Shown here: piece by piece, positions 42,498 through 52,230 of the stretch
Layout: every line of letters begins with the position of its first letter
How positions within the stretch are numbered: the first letter of the stretch is position 1
From: a virus
Lineage: Duplodnaviria > Caudoviricetes
Virus record (IMG/VR): IMGVR_UViG_3300033121_002239
Span: 9,025 to 73,024 of that record
Length of the DNA: 64,000 nt
Reading direction: 5' to 3' (one strand)
The notes under the pieces: model-generated
The model's database searches: none
What the model saw: the letters and a program-made list of their open reading frames with translations, nothing else
Told to the model about the DNA's origin: nothing
Made by a program: the position numbers and the translations under genes

Positions 42498-43304
42498 ATG
42501 CGGTTGCCGCTCTCCTGCCTCTTCCTCGCCCTCACGCTCGCCGCCTGTTCGTCCGATCACGCCGCGCCCCCGCCACCCACCGACGCGGGCCCCGAGGTCG
42601 GCGGAGACGTACTGATTCTGCCCGACGTGGGGACGGACACGGGCACGGACACCGGGGCGGACCTCGGCGACGTCGACGCGGGCCTCGGGGACGTGGCGAC
42701 CGATCAGGAGCTCCCGCTCGACGCAGGCCCCGAGACGAGCACCCCCGACGCGGGCGGTGAGGATCGGGTGGACGTCGGCGGCCCGCTCGACGTGCCCGAG
42801 GACCGGCCGCAGCTCCCGACGGACACCGGGTCGGACACGGGCGGGGACGTCGGGGTCGACGTCGTCGCCGATCGACCGACGTGCACCGAGGGAACGACCG
42901 AGTGTTCGAACGCGACGACGATGCGGGTGTGCCGGGGCGGGAGCTGGACGTCGATCGCGTGCGGGCGCTCGGCGAGCGGGACGCAGGAGGTGTGCACCGC
43001 GAGTTCGCGCGCGTGCGGCCTCGCGTCGCCCCCCTGCACGGCCGACGCGCAGTGCGGCTACGGGTACGTGGCCTGCGTCGCCGCCGTGTGCCTCTGGCGG
43101 GGGACGGTGGCCTGCACCGACGACCTCGCGTGCGAGGACGTGTACGGGGCGGGGGCGCCGTTCCGGTGCGTCGCCGCGACGTTCCACGGCCAGGCCGTGC
43201 GGGTCTGCCAGGAGATGAGCTACGCGCCGCGGCCGTGCGTGCTCGATCGCCAGTGCCCGACCGGCAGGCGGTGCGAGGTCGCGACGGGCCTGTGCGTGCG
43301 GTGA
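42498..43304 (+). CDS. Cys-rich surface lipoprotein paralog 3
   Basis: Lipobox LTLAA-C, acidic DTG/DAG linker, 18-Cys domain; same upstream promoter motif as paralog 2. Confidence 0.8.
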   Translation: MRLPLSCLFLALTLAACSSDHAAPPPPTDAGPEVGGDVLILPDVGTDTGTDTGADLGDVDAGLGDVATDQELPLDAGPETSTPDAGGEDRVDVGGPLDVPEDRPQLPTDTGSDTGGDVGVDVVADRPTCTEGTTECSNATTMRVCRGGSWTSIACGRSASGTQEVCTASSRACGLASPPCTADAQCGYGYVACVAAVCLWRGTVACTDDLACEDVYGAGAPFRCVAATFHGQAVRVCQEMSYAPRPCVLDRQCPTGRRCEVATGLCVR

Positions 43305-43305
43305 G

Positions 43306-43950
43306 CTACGGCAGGAGGAGGTCGTCGGCGCCCTCGGTGATCGTCCCGTCGCACTGGACGGGCGCGGTCGTGGTGAGGGTGGCGGGGCTTCCGCCGACGG
43401 TGCCCGTGAAGGTGGTGCCGAGGGGGATCGTGACGCGGACGGCGTGACCCTCGCGCGCCGCGCGGTGCGCGCCGCCCTTGATCGTCACCACCTTTGCGTC
43501 GAGCGTGAGGTCGTCGAGGTCGAGCGTGACGGGCTTCTCCGTCGAGACCTCGAGGTCGCCGTGCTCCTTCTCCAGCACCTTCACGCTGCGGCCGCGCACG
43601 AGGAGACTCTTGGCCGGGTAGCGGTCGCGCGTCGCGCGGGTCGAGGACTTCACGTCGGGATCGACCTCGGCGGCGAGCATCGGCCCCGCCATCCACACGG
43701 GCCGCTCCGGGTCGCCGTCGAGGAACATCACCGCGACCGTCGCGCCGACCTCGGGCACGAGGAAGGTGCCGCGCGCGACGCGGGCGTCCTTCCCGTACGA
43801 CTGCCCGATCGCGGGCACCCACGCGGGGAGCGGACGCGTCTGGTGGATCGCCGGGACGAGGATCTTCAGACGCCCGCGCTGTTCGGGGTCGGCGCGGTCG
43901 CGCACCGTCCCGAGCGTCACGCCGAACCGACGGGGGCCTTCTTCACCCAT
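43306..43950 (-). CDS. Baseplate central spike (gpV/gp5/VgrG OB-fold)
   Basis: GTVRDRADPEQRGRLKILVP..W..G.FLVPEVGATVAVMFLDGDPERPVWMAG. Confidence 0.85.
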   Translation of the reverse strand: MGEEGPRRFGVTLGTVRDRADPEQRGRLKILVPAIHQTRPLPAWVPAIGQSYGKDARVARGTFLVPEVGATVAVMFLDGDPERPVWMAGPMLAAEVDPDVKSSTRATRDRYPAKSLLVRGRSVKVLEKEHGDLEVSTEKPVTLDLDDLTLDAKVVTIKGGAHRAAREGHAVRVTIPLGTTFTGTVGGSPATLTTTAPVQCDGTITEGADDLLLP

Positions 43951-44713
43951 GGTGTTCGTCCTTCTGCCCCTTCGGACGGCCGTCGACCAACCGCACGGGC
44001 CCCGGGCGGCCGAGGAGCGGGCGGAGCGTGCGGATCGCGGCCCAGACGACCTTATGGATGGCCTGGCGCGAGACGCCCCGCCGCTCGCCGATCTCCTTGC
44101 GGCTCTTGCCGCTCAGAAACATCTTCAGGACCTCGCGCTGCGGTTCGGTGAGGAGACCCGGCGTCTCGACGAGTGCGAGGAGCCGCCGGCCGCCGCACGT
44201 CTTGAGGAGCGACCGCCACCGATCGTCCGTCTCGGTGCCCGCGAAGGGGTTCTCGGGCTCGTCGGCCCACTCCGCCGGGATCGTGAGAAACGCCTCGTCG
44301 TGCCCGCCGCCGGTCATCAGCGCCGGGGAGGAGACCTCGTTGTAGGCGCGCACCTCTTCGGGCGGCAGGAGCCGCGTGAGGAGCTGGCACGGCGCGCGGC
44401 AGGTGGGGCGCTCACGACACCCCTCGCAGGGCTTCGTCGGGTCGGGGCCGCCACGATCCACGCGCGCGAGCGGGAGGCGCGGGCGCGTCGGGGGGCGGCG
44501 CCACGCGAGGAGGTCGCCCTGTTCGGGGACGCGGTGCGCGTCGAGGTAATCCTTCAGCCACGCACCGAGGCCGAGGACGACGACCGTCCGCACGACCTCC
44601 CGGCGCTTCGAGCGGCGAAGGGGGCGTGCGGCCGTCTCGACCGCCTCGGGCGCGACGACGAACCACCCGAAGTACGCCTGACTCGTTGTGGGCGCGCGTC
44701 GCATCGGCGTCAT
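43943..44713 (-). CDS. Sigma-4/LuxR-like HTH regulator with Cys cluster (possible late regulator)
   Basis: CEGC..TC..PC; LTEPQREVLKMFLSGKSRKEIGERRGVSRQAIHK. Confidence 0.65.
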   Translation of the reverse strand: MTPMRRAPTTSQAYFGWFVVAPEAVETAARPLRRSKRREVVRTVVVLGLGAWLKDYLDAHRVPEQGDLLAWRRPPTRPRLPLARVDRGGPDPTKPCEGCRERPTCRAPCQLLTRLLPPEEVRAYNEVSSPALMTGGGHDEAFLTIPAEWADEPENPFAGTETDDRWRSLLKTCGGRRLLALVETPGLLTEPQREVLKMFLSGKSRKEIGERRGVSRQAIHKVVWAAIRTLRPLLGRPGPVRLVDGRPKGQKDEHHG

Positions 44714-45435
44714 CTCCCCTCCAGAAACGGCACGAGGTACGAGGGGCCTCGGGCGGGCCACGCGGCGAGCTCCTTCGGGCCGACCGAAAGAGGACCGCCG
44801 CGCACCGAGGTCCAGAGCGTGTCGAGCACCGTCCAGGGGACGGCGAAGCGGAGCGGGCCCGCGGCGCGCTCGAACTCGACCACCACGAGGACGAGGGCCG
44901 CGGCGCACTGCGCGTAGCGCGTGAGCGCGTCGCGTTGGTGGCGCGCGATCCCCGCGCGGTCGATCGTGCCGTCAGGGCGCTCGCGGTCGCGGTGCAGGCG
45001 CCCGGCGCGGTGCTTGGCCTCGATCACGAGCATGCGGTCGCGCGTCGCGCCGAGGTAGTCCGGGGGGGCGGTGCCCGAGATCGCCGCGAGGAGTCGCCCC
45101 CGGCCGTCGAACTGCACGCGCCCGCCCTCAACGTGAGGCTCCGACGGGGCGCCGATCTTCTCGATGACCAGGGCGTGCCCGTGCTCGATCGCGTACCGAT
45201 GCTGCGCAGCGCACCACGCCTCGAAGGACTCGCCTGCGGCGTGCGCCGCCGCCCCGTGCGCCGCGTGCTCGGCACGGGCCGCGAGCGCGCGGTCGAGCGC
45301 GGGGAGCTCGGAGGGCGGCACGGCCGCGCGGCGGAGCGTGTCGAGCGGGTTCTCGCGCGCGGGGGCATGCACAAGATGGGCGTTGCGCTCGCGGAGGGAG
45401 GGCGGCAGGCTTTCGAAGAGCTCCCGCGGCTTCAT
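44710..45435 (-). CDS. RecU-like Holliday junction resolvase (PD-(D/E)xK)
   Basis: GESFE..PDYLG..LVIEAK..HQ..L..VLVVVEF. Confidence 0.65.
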   Translation of the reverse strand: MKPRELFESLPPSLRERNAHLVHAPARENPLDTLRRAAVPPSELPALDRALAARAEHAAHGAAAHAAGESFEAWCAAQHRYAIEHGHALVIEKIGAPSEPHVEGGRVQFDGRGRLLAAISGTAPPDYLGATRDRMLVIEAKHRAGRLHRDRERPDGTIDRAGIARHQRDALTRYAQCAAALVLVVVEFERAAGPLRFAVPWTVLDTLWTSVRGGPLSVGPKELAAWPARGPSYLVPFLEGR

Positions 45436-45538
45436 CGGTCACCTCGGGGGGAGGCGACGGCCGGGACGCACGCGCGGGCGCGCGCAACCGACGCGTGGCG
45501 CGCGGGCAGAGAAGGGTAGTGTCGGTCCTCGGGAAGCA

Positions 45539-45754
45539 TCAGGGGAGGGTCTCGGGCACCTCCTTTCGGGCGCGGGCGACGCGCTCCTCGCGGAGCCGCA
45601 CGTCGATCGCCGCGCCGTCGTCGATGCGCCGACGCACCTCGACACGGTCGACGCCGAGCGCGCGCGCGAGCTGGCCCTCGCTCACCGCCGCCACGTCGGT
45701 CACGCGGAAGAGGAGCCAGTCCAGGGCCTCGCGCTCGGTGAGGGCGTCGCTCAC
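45539..45754 (-). CDS. Small HTH-like protein
   Basis: VSEGQLARALGVDRVEVRR. Confidence 0.45.
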   Translation of the reverse strand: MSDALTEREALDWLLFRVTDVAAVSEGQLARALGVDRVEVRRRIDDGAAIDVRLREERVARARKEVPETLP

Positions 45755-46671
45755 GCCGCCGCCTCGCGCTCCGCCTTCGGCGCCGTGGCCGCCACGCCGA
45801 GGAGCGAGAGCTGATTCTTCTGCACCTTGAGCTCGTCGCCGACGTTCCGCGCCGCGGTGAGGTGGTACTCGGGCTTGAGCTCGGTGCCGACGTACCGCCG
45901 ACCGCGCTTCGCGCAGACGACGCCGGTCGAGCCGACGCCGCCGAAGGGGTCGAACACGAGGTCGCCGGGGTTCGACCAGAGCACCACGCAGCGGTCGATC
46001 GCCCAGAGCTGGAGCGGGCAGACGTGCTTCGTGTCGTCGGGCGCGCCCGTGCCGCGCACCTGAAGCACGTCCGTCTCCGACCCGCGCCACGTCCCGCGCG
46101 CCCACTCGATCCACTGCTCCTCGGTGATCTCGCCGCGCTCGAACGACGTGATCGGCGGGCGCTCCCCCTCCTTCTGGAACACGTAGAGGTAGTCGTTGCG
46201 GATCGGGAAGCACGCGCCCGTGTCCGACCGCAACGTCTTGAACTGAATGCTGTGAAGGTTCATGCGCGCGGCGACGGCCTGCGCGTCCTTCTCGATCGCG
46301 ATCTTCGCGCGCAGGTGAAACCCGACGGCCTCCATCGCTTCGTGCAGGCGCCCACCGAGGTCCTTCAACCCCATGTAGCCGTCCTTCACCTGCCACGCGA
46401 TGAGGTCGGTCCAGTGCAGGACCACCACGCCGCCCGGGGCCATGACGCGGTGGAGCTGCTCACAGAAGAACCGCCACGCGAGGTTGAAGCCCTGGGGGCG
46501 GTTGTTCCCCATGTCGCCCGCGTCGTTCGAGTAGCAGAAGAACTCATCGAAGGGCGGCGACGTGATCGTCTCGGCGATGGAGCCCTCCCCCATCGCGGCC
46601 ATGGCTTCGATCGTGTCGGCGTGGACGAGCGTGTGGTCGGGGCTCGTCACCGGGTCATGCAGCGCGCTCAC
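45751..46671 (-). CDS. Beta-class amino (N4-C/N6-A) DNA methyltransferase
   Basis: Motif IV TSPPF precedes motif I DPFGGVGST; HVCPLQL..I.R...WSNPGD. Confidence 0.88.
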   Translation of the reverse strand: MSALHDPVTSPDHTLVHADTIEAMAAMGEGSIAETITSPPFDEFFCYSNDAGDMGNNRPQGFNLAWRFFCEQLHRVMAPGGVVVLHWTDLIAWQVKDGYMGLKDLGGRLHEAMEAVGFHLRAKIAIEKDAQAVAARMNLHSIQFKTLRSDTGACFPIRNDYLYVFQKEGERPPITSFERGEITEEQWIEWARGTWRGSETDVLQVRGTGAPDDTKHVCPLQLWAIDRCVVLWSNPGDLVFDPFGGVGSTGVVCAKRGRRYVGTELKPEYHLTAARNVGDELKVQKNQLSLLGVAATAPKAEREAAA

Positions 46672-48409
46672 TCTTTGCCTCCGTGTCGTTGAAGGGGCGG
46701 AGCCGTGCAAGGGCCGTGCGATCGGCCCGCGAGAGCTGGTGCTGGGTGCGGTGCCCGGCCTCGGCGCCGACGCCCCGCCACGCGTCGAGGTCGGCGGTCA
46801 TCGCCGCGCGGTACGCATGCTCCATCGCGTCGGCGTCGGTGATCCACGTCGCGCGCTTCTGGCGGACGTTCGCGAGCGGCGCGGCTTCGAGCGGCGTCAC
46901 CACGTAGTAGCAGTAGACGGTCTTCTCCTGGCCGTCGCGCCACACGCGGCTGAACGCCTGGTGGTCTTGCTCGAAGCTGTCGTTGATGCCCGAGAAGACC
47001 ACGACGTTCGCGCCCTGCAGGTTCACCCCGAACCCGAGCGAGGCGGCCTTCGCGACGAGCGCGTCGATCGACCCGGCGTTGAGGGCCTCGAGGGCCTCGT
47101 ACTGCGCGGCCTCGTCCGTGTCGGCGGTGATCTCGGCGACCTTCACGCCCCGCGACCGGAGGGCCTGGGTGAGGAGCGCCGACTCCTCGTTGTACTCGAC
47201 CCAGACCACGGCGCGGTCGCCCTGCGCGGCGTGGCGCGCGACGAGTTCGGCCACCGCCTCGGGCTTGCGCGAGGGCACGCGCTGCACCGTGCGGACCTTC
47301 TTGCCCTTCGGCCCGGTCACGGTCTCGTAGAGGAAGCCGCGGGCGACCTGGGAGAGCTTCGTCTGCGTCGCGACCCCGACCGAATCGTGGAAGAGCTCGG
47401 TCTGCCCGCGCCGCTTCGAGGCCGCGCGGATCTCGCGGGCGATCTTCTCCTGCTCCGGCGTGAGCTGCACCTCCACGTCGGCGAACACGGGCGGGGGGAT
47501 GGGCTTGAGGCGCGGCGCGAACCCGTACACCGACGGGTCGCGGATCCAGATCGACCAGCTCGCCATGAAGGCGTAGAACGCCTGCTTCGCGTGCGGCCGC
47601 AGGACCCAGCCGAGGTCTTCGGCCGAGTCGAAGAAGTCCGCGAAGAACTCCTTGTGGTGGGCGACGGCGCCCACGAGGAGGGCCTGCGCGGCGTACTCCC
47701 GCACCTCGTTCGGGGCAGGCGTGGCGGTGCAGCCGAGGCGGTATTCGAGCGGCTTGAAGGCCGCGAGGACGTGCTTCCAGAGCGTGCCCCCGGCCTGCTT
47801 GATCTTCGAGGACTCGTCGAGCGCGGCGCCCCCGAGCTTCGAAAGGTCCTGGGGCTTGCGGAAGAGGTCGATGTTGACGATCCCGAGCGCGGGCGCGTCC
47901 GGGTCGTCGATCCAGGCGCGGAGCCCGCCCTTCCAGTCGAGGAGGTTCGCGGGGGCGGGCGCGTCGGGCCAGAACTTCCGGTACTCCCCGAGGAGCGGGA
48001 GGACGACCGACTTCGGCGCGATCACGAGGACCTTCTTCGACGTGCGCTTCGCCACCTGCCGCGCCCACGTCCAGAGGCAGGGGCTCTTGCCGAACCCACA
48101 CCGCCCGAAGAGGTCGAAGCAGCGGCGGCGCAGGGCGACGTCGACCACGTAGCGCTGGTCGGGGTAGAGGAAGGGCGCCTCGTCGTCGTCGAGGCCCCCC
48201 GCGAGCGCGCGCACGTCCACGCCGAGGCGGGCGAGGTCGGCGACGTGGCAGGTGAGCGTGCGGGCCTTGGCGTCCACCTCGACGCGCGGGAGCGCCGCCT
48301 TGACCGCCAGGAAGGTCCGGTAGCTCTCGATCGACCAGTCGGGGAGCGCGAAGGTCGCGCGCGTGTCCGTGATCGTGAGCGCGGCGTTGCCGAAGGTCGG
48401 GAGCGTCAC
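46655..48409 (-). CDS. SNF2-like SF2 helicase
   Basis: CGFGKS, LDESS, CTATPAPN, GVNLQ, QAFSRVWRDGQ. Confidence 0.85.
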   Translation of the reverse strand: MTLPTFGNAALTITDTRATFALPDWSIESYRTFLAVKAALPRVEVDAKARTLTCHVADLARLGVDVRALAGGLDDDEAPFLYPDQRYVVDVALRRRCFDLFGRCGFGKSPCLWTWARQVAKRTSKKVLVIAPKSVVLPLLGEYRKFWPDAPAPANLLDWKGGLRAWIDDPDAPALGIVNIDLFRKPQDLSKLGGAALDESSKIKQAGGTLWKHVLAAFKPLEYRLGCTATPAPNEVREYAAQALLVGAVAHHKEFFADFFDSAEDLGWVLRPHAKQAFYAFMASWSIWIRDPSVYGFAPRLKPIPPPVFADVEVQLTPEQEKIAREIRAASKRRGQTELFHDSVGVATQTKLSQVARGFLYETVTGPKGKKVRTVQRVPSRKPEAVAELVARHAAQGDRAVVWVEYNEESALLTQALRSRGVKVAEITADTDEAAQYEALEALNAGSIDALVAKAASLGFGVNLQGANVVVFSGINDSFEQDHQAFSRVWRDGQEKTVYCYYVVTPLEAAPLANVRQKRATWITDADAMEHAYRAAMTADLDAWRGVGAEAGHRTQHQLSRADRTALARLRPFNDTEAKSERAA

Positions 48410-48882
48410 GCCTCACCTCCGGGGGCGGTCGTCGTGGGGGTCGCGACCGAGTGTTCGAACGGCTCCTCCACCAGCATCCGGTGATGTGGGATCGGGATGT
48501 AGAGCCACACGTGACCGGGCTTCGGAGGGTGCGCGAGCGTCGCCCGCGCTTCCGCGCACTCGGACCCATCGTCGATCGCGGCGACCTCTTCGCGCAGCAC
48601 GAAATCAATGGCGATCACCATCTGATCCGAGCCCGCGGGAATGCGCGGGTTGGGGCAGACGAGGAGCACGTGCGTGCGGTCGTACCCCTCGGCCGCCATC
48701 TTCCGCTTCGCGTCGAGGATCTTCGCGTCGAGCTCGACGCGAAGCGCGCTGAAGATCGCGTACGGGTTCTCGACCGCGGCGTCGCGGTACGCTTGTTCCT
48801 TCGACCGACGCTCGGCGATGCGCGCGCGAAGCGACGCGTGCACGCCGCCACGCCCGCGGATGGGGACCTTGGGGCGGCTCAC
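48406..48882 (-). CDS. Hypothetical protein
   Basis: GTGA-coupled. Confidence 0.5.
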   Translation of the reverse strand: MSRPKVPIRGRGGVHASLRARIAERRSKEQAYRDAAVENPYAIFSALRVELDAKILDAKRKMAAEGYDRTHVLLVCPNPRIPAGSDQMVIAIDFVLREEVAAIDDGSECAEARATLAHPPKPGHVWLYIPIPHHRMLVEEPFEHSVATPTTTAPGGEA

Positions 48883-49682
48883 GGCAGGCCCTCGAAGGTC
48901 TGGAGGTAGCCACGCACCTTTTCTTCGTCGAGCACGTCGCGTCCGGGGACGTGGAAGTCGTGGCTCGCCGGGACGCGGAGATTCGACTCGGCGTCGAAGG
49001 AGAGGCGCGCGAAGACGGCCTCGTCGAGGATGCCGTGGAGCACGCCAAGCACGGGCCGCGCGTCGGGGCCGAGTCCGCCCGCGACGCCGAGGCCCACGTG
49101 GCGCGTGTCCGCCTGAAGCTCGTTCAGGCGGATCTCGTCGGCGGTGTCCTCCACGGGGAAGGGGCGGCCCGTGCCGCGCGAGAGATCGAGGAGCAGGTGA
49201 TCGATCGCGCGGCCGTAGTCCGCGAGGACCGCCCACGGGTTCAGGCCCGCGCTCTGGTACTGCGCGCGGGTCTCGCCCGACACTTGGAGCACGATCTCGA
49301 CCCACGGGTGCAGCCGCCGGAACTCCTCGACGACCTCGACCGCGGGGCAGATGATGTTGAGCTGGAGCATCCGCATCGCCGGGACGTGGTTCGCCAGCGC
49401 GACGAGCTCGGCCAGGAGGTCGCCGCCGTTCGTGCGGCTGTTGTAGTGGACGGCCGGGGTCACGATCGACTGCGCGAGCGCGGCGCAGAGGGCCTGTGCG
49501 TCCGCGAGTGAGGGGTAGCGCAGGCTCTCGACGCGCTGGCCGCCGAGCGTCTTCCGGCTCACGAGGACGGCGCCCACGAGGCGCCGCGTGAGTACGGGGA
49601 ACTCCTTGGCGAGGCTCCACAGAAGCGCCACGTCGGCCGTCGACGCGACCCCCGAGACGGCGAGATACGGTCGTCGTTTCAT
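48879..49682 (-). CDS. TrpF (phosphoribosylanthranilate isomerase)-like TIM barrel
   Basis: LQLN, LLLDLSRGTG, GVAGGLGPD and FDAES align with TrpF motifs. Confidence 0.6.
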   Translation of the reverse strand: MKRRPYLAVSGVASTADVALLWSLAKEFPVLTRRLVGAVLVSRKTLGGQRVESLRYPSLADAQALCAALAQSIVTPAVHYNSRTNGGDLLAELVALANHVPAMRMLQLNIICPAVEVVEEFRRLHPWVEIVLQVSGETRAQYQSAGLNPWAVLADYGRAIDHLLLDLSRGTGRPFPVEDTADEIRLNELQADTRHVGLGVAGGLGPDARPVLGVLHGILDEAVFARLSFDAESNLRVPASHDFHVPGRDVLDEEKVRGYLQTFEGLP

Positions 49683-51163
49683 GGGCTGTCCCCCCATTCA
49701 GTTTCGATGCCACCCGCGTCTTGCGGCGGCACCTCGGGGAACGCGTCGTCGGCCTCGGTCTCGTCCTCGTCCGTGCGACCGCCCATCGGGAGCTCGACCG
49801 CGAGGTCGGTGAAGCGCGTGTACTGCTTCACGAACGCGAGGCGCACGGTGTCGGTCGGGCCGCTCCGCTGCTTCGCGACGATGATCTCCGCGATGCCCTT
49901 GTCCTCGGTGTCCTTGTTGTAGATCTCGTCGCGGTAGACGAACATCACCACGTCGCTGTCTTGCTCCAGGCTCCCCGACTCGCGGAGGTCAGCGAGCATG
50001 GGGCGCTTGTTCTTCCCGGGCCGCGTCTCGCACCCGCGGTTGAGCTGCGCGAGGGCGAGGAAGGGGCATTTGAACTCCTTCGCGAAGCTCTTGATGGAGC
50101 GCGAGATCTCCGCCACCTCTTGCTCGCGGTTCGACTCCTTGCGGTCGAGCTTCGCGCGCATGAGCTGGAGGTAGTCGATCACGACCAGGCGCAGGCGCTT
50201 GTGCTTGAGGCGCATCCGGTAAAGGAGCGACCTCAGGTCGTGCAGCCACTCCACCTTGTCGTGGACGTAGATCGGGAGCTGCGCGAGCGCGTTGGCCGAC
50301 GACGTAACACGGTCCATGACCTCGCTTGAGAGCGAGCGCGGGTGCTTGAGCGCCGACTCGGTGACGCCCGCGAGCTGCGAGACGGCCTTGCGGTTGATCT
50401 CCTTGCGCGGCATCTCGACCGACACGAAGAGGCACACGCCCTCCTCGTCCCGCGCGTGGAGGTCCTGGCCCGCCGCGACCAGCATCCCGAGGGCGAGGCT
50501 GGTCTTCCCCATCCCAGGGCGCGCGGCGATCGTGATCATCTGCCCGTCGCCGAGGCCCCCGAGGAGCTTGTCGAGGCTCTTCGAACCCGTGGTGCGCCCG
50601 GTCGTCTCGAGCGCCGCGTCCTCCCCGAGCGAGTCGGTGAACTCCTCCATGCCCGCGCGCATGGACACCGCCTCTTCGAGCGTGGCCCGCTCGGTGAGCG
50701 CCTTCTCGATCGCCGCGGCCTCCTTCACCACGTCCTCGTAGCTGCCCTGCGCGCTCGCGTAGAGCGTGCGGAGCGCGGCGCGCTGCACCCGGCGGACGGA
50801 CGCGGTGCGGAGGAGGTCCTCGACCCACTGCTCCGCCCACACGCCCGTCGCCGCCTTCGCGACGAGTTCGTGGAGGAACCGCGCGCCCCCGACGGCGCTG
50901 TAGGCCCCGGCCTCGCGGAGCGCCGACGACACCGACTCCAGCGTGAGCGTCACGCCCGCCGCGCAGAGCCGCGCCGAGACCTCCCACACCTTCGCGATGC
51001 GCGCGTCGTGAAAGTCCTCGTCGAGGATTCGCCCGACGCACCTCGGCCACACCTCCCCCGGGCGGTCGAGGAGTGACCCGGCCAGGGCCTCCTCGACCTC
51101 TTGATCCCACCGCGGCGGGATGAGGTCCGCGAGGGCGTCGATGCGATCGACCGACGCGCTCAC
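49679..51163 (-). CDS. dnaB: Replicative DNA helicase DnaB
   Basis: AARPGMGKT, SVEM, IDYLQLM, LAQLNR, DLRESGSLEQDSD. Confidence 0.95.
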   Translation of the reverse strand: MSASVDRIDALADLIPPRWDQEVEEALAGSLLDRPGEVWPRCVGRILDEDFHDARIAKVWEVSARLCAAGVTLTLESVSSALREAGAYSAVGGARFLHELVAKAATGVWAEQWVEDLLRTASVRRVQRAALRTLYASAQGSYEDVVKEAAAIEKALTERATLEEAVSMRAGMEEFTDSLGEDAALETTGRTTGSKSLDKLLGGLGDGQMITIAARPGMGKTSLALGMLVAAGQDLHARDEEGVCLFVSVEMPRKEINRKAVSQLAGVTESALKHPRSLSSEVMDRVTSSANALAQLPIYVHDKVEWLHDLRSLLYRMRLKHKRLRLVVIDYLQLMRAKLDRKESNREQEVAEISRSIKSFAKEFKCPFLALAQLNRGCETRPGKNKRPMLADLRESGSLEQDSDVVMFVYRDEIYNKDTEDKGIAEIIVAKQRSGPTDTVRLAFVKQYTRFTDLAVELPMGGRTDEDETEADDAFPEVPPQDAGGIETEWGDSP

Positions 51164-52230
51164 GAGGGCACCGCCGGGGTCTCGCCGCGCAGCCGCGCGC
51201 TGGCCTGCTTCATCCTCGCCTTGATCTCCTCGGGCGTGAGCGCGGGGGCCTCCTCGACCGTTGGCGTCTCTTCGGTCGCGACGCGCGGGGTGACCTTCGT
51301 CGCGGCGCGTGCGGCCTTGAACCACTCCATCGCTTCGTCGAAGTGGCGCGCGAGCTTGCCGTCTTCGCAGAGGTACGCGAGGTCGGGCTTGCGACGGGTC
51401 ATCCACGCGAGGCCGCCCTTGCCGCCCGTCTCCCCCGACGCGTCGCCCCGCGCGATCCAGTCCGCGAAGATGCGCCAGTGCCCGAGGTGCACGTCCTGGC
51501 GGTGCTTATGCGACCACGAGATCCCGACGCCCTCGGCGAGCTCGCCGAAGCGCACGAGCGTCCCCGGGTCGAACGTCGAACGGAACTGCTTCGAGGGCAC
51601 CTTGCGCAGAAGCTCCGCGATGGACTCGCCGAGTTCGGTCGGGGTCTTCCACCCCTGCCTCGCCTCGACCGGCTTCGCCCCCTCGTCCTTCCCTCCCTTC
51701 GGCGCCTCCCCCCCCTCCGCGGGCGGAGGGGTAGGGGAGGAAGGGTGGTTCTGTTTCTGATTCTGTTTCTGATTCTGGCTTCGGAGGGGCTCCGAAGGGG
51801 CTTCGGAGGGGCTTCCCTCCGGCAGGTGATACGCCTTGCCGTAGCGGGCGAGAAACGCCGCGTGGAGCGCGGTGCCGCGGTGAAGGTCGAGCTCCTTCAC
51901 CACGCTCTTCCAGCGGTTGTCCTTCGTCGAGAGCGTCTCGGCCGTCTGCTGGGCCGCCAGCTCCACGACGAAGACCGTCTCGCTCGTTTCGTCGTACCGG
52001 CAGAACTCCGCGCCTTCGAGGTCGCGCAGGACCTCACGGGCCGCGGTGGGCTCGATCCCGAGCTCCCCGGCGAGGAGCCACAGGGGCATCGAGTAGAGCC
52101 CGATGAGGTTCGAGTCGGGGCCCGTGAGGAGGTAGAGCGCGGCGATGCGGTGGGTCTGGCCGAGGCGCTTCAAGCGCTGGCCCATGACCCCCCTCCAGAA
52201 GGTCGGCGGGATCGGGGCGTAGGTCCTCAC
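51160..52230 (-). CDS. Phage replication initiator protein
   Basis: Upstream of dnaB; N-terminal wHTH-like FW..LYLLTGPDSNLIGLY, QNQKQNQKQ linker with internal iterons. Confidence 0.75.
   Translation of the reverse strand: MRTYAPIPPTFWRGVMGQRLKRLGQTHRIAALYLLTGPDSNLIGLYSMPLWLLAGELGIEPTAAREVLRDLEGAEFCRYDETSETVFVVELAAQQTAETLSTKDNRWKSVVKELDLHRGTALHAAFLARYGKAYHLPEGSPSEAPSEPLRSQNQKQNQKQNHPSSPTPPPAEGGEAPKGGKDEGAKPVEARQGWKTPTELGESIAELLRKVPSKQFRSTFDPGTLVRFGELAEGVGISWSHKHRQDVHLGHWRIFADWIARGDASGETGGKGGLAWMTRRKPDLAYLCEDGKLARHFDEAMEWFKAARAATKVTPRVATEETPTVEEAPALTPEEIKARMKQASARLRGETPAVPS
51749..51816. repeat. Putative replication origin: 11-bp iterons plus AT-rich repeats
   Basis: CTTCGGAGGGG/CTCCGAAGGGG x3 (51779-51811) next to TTCTGTTTCTGA x2. 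Confidence 0.65.
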
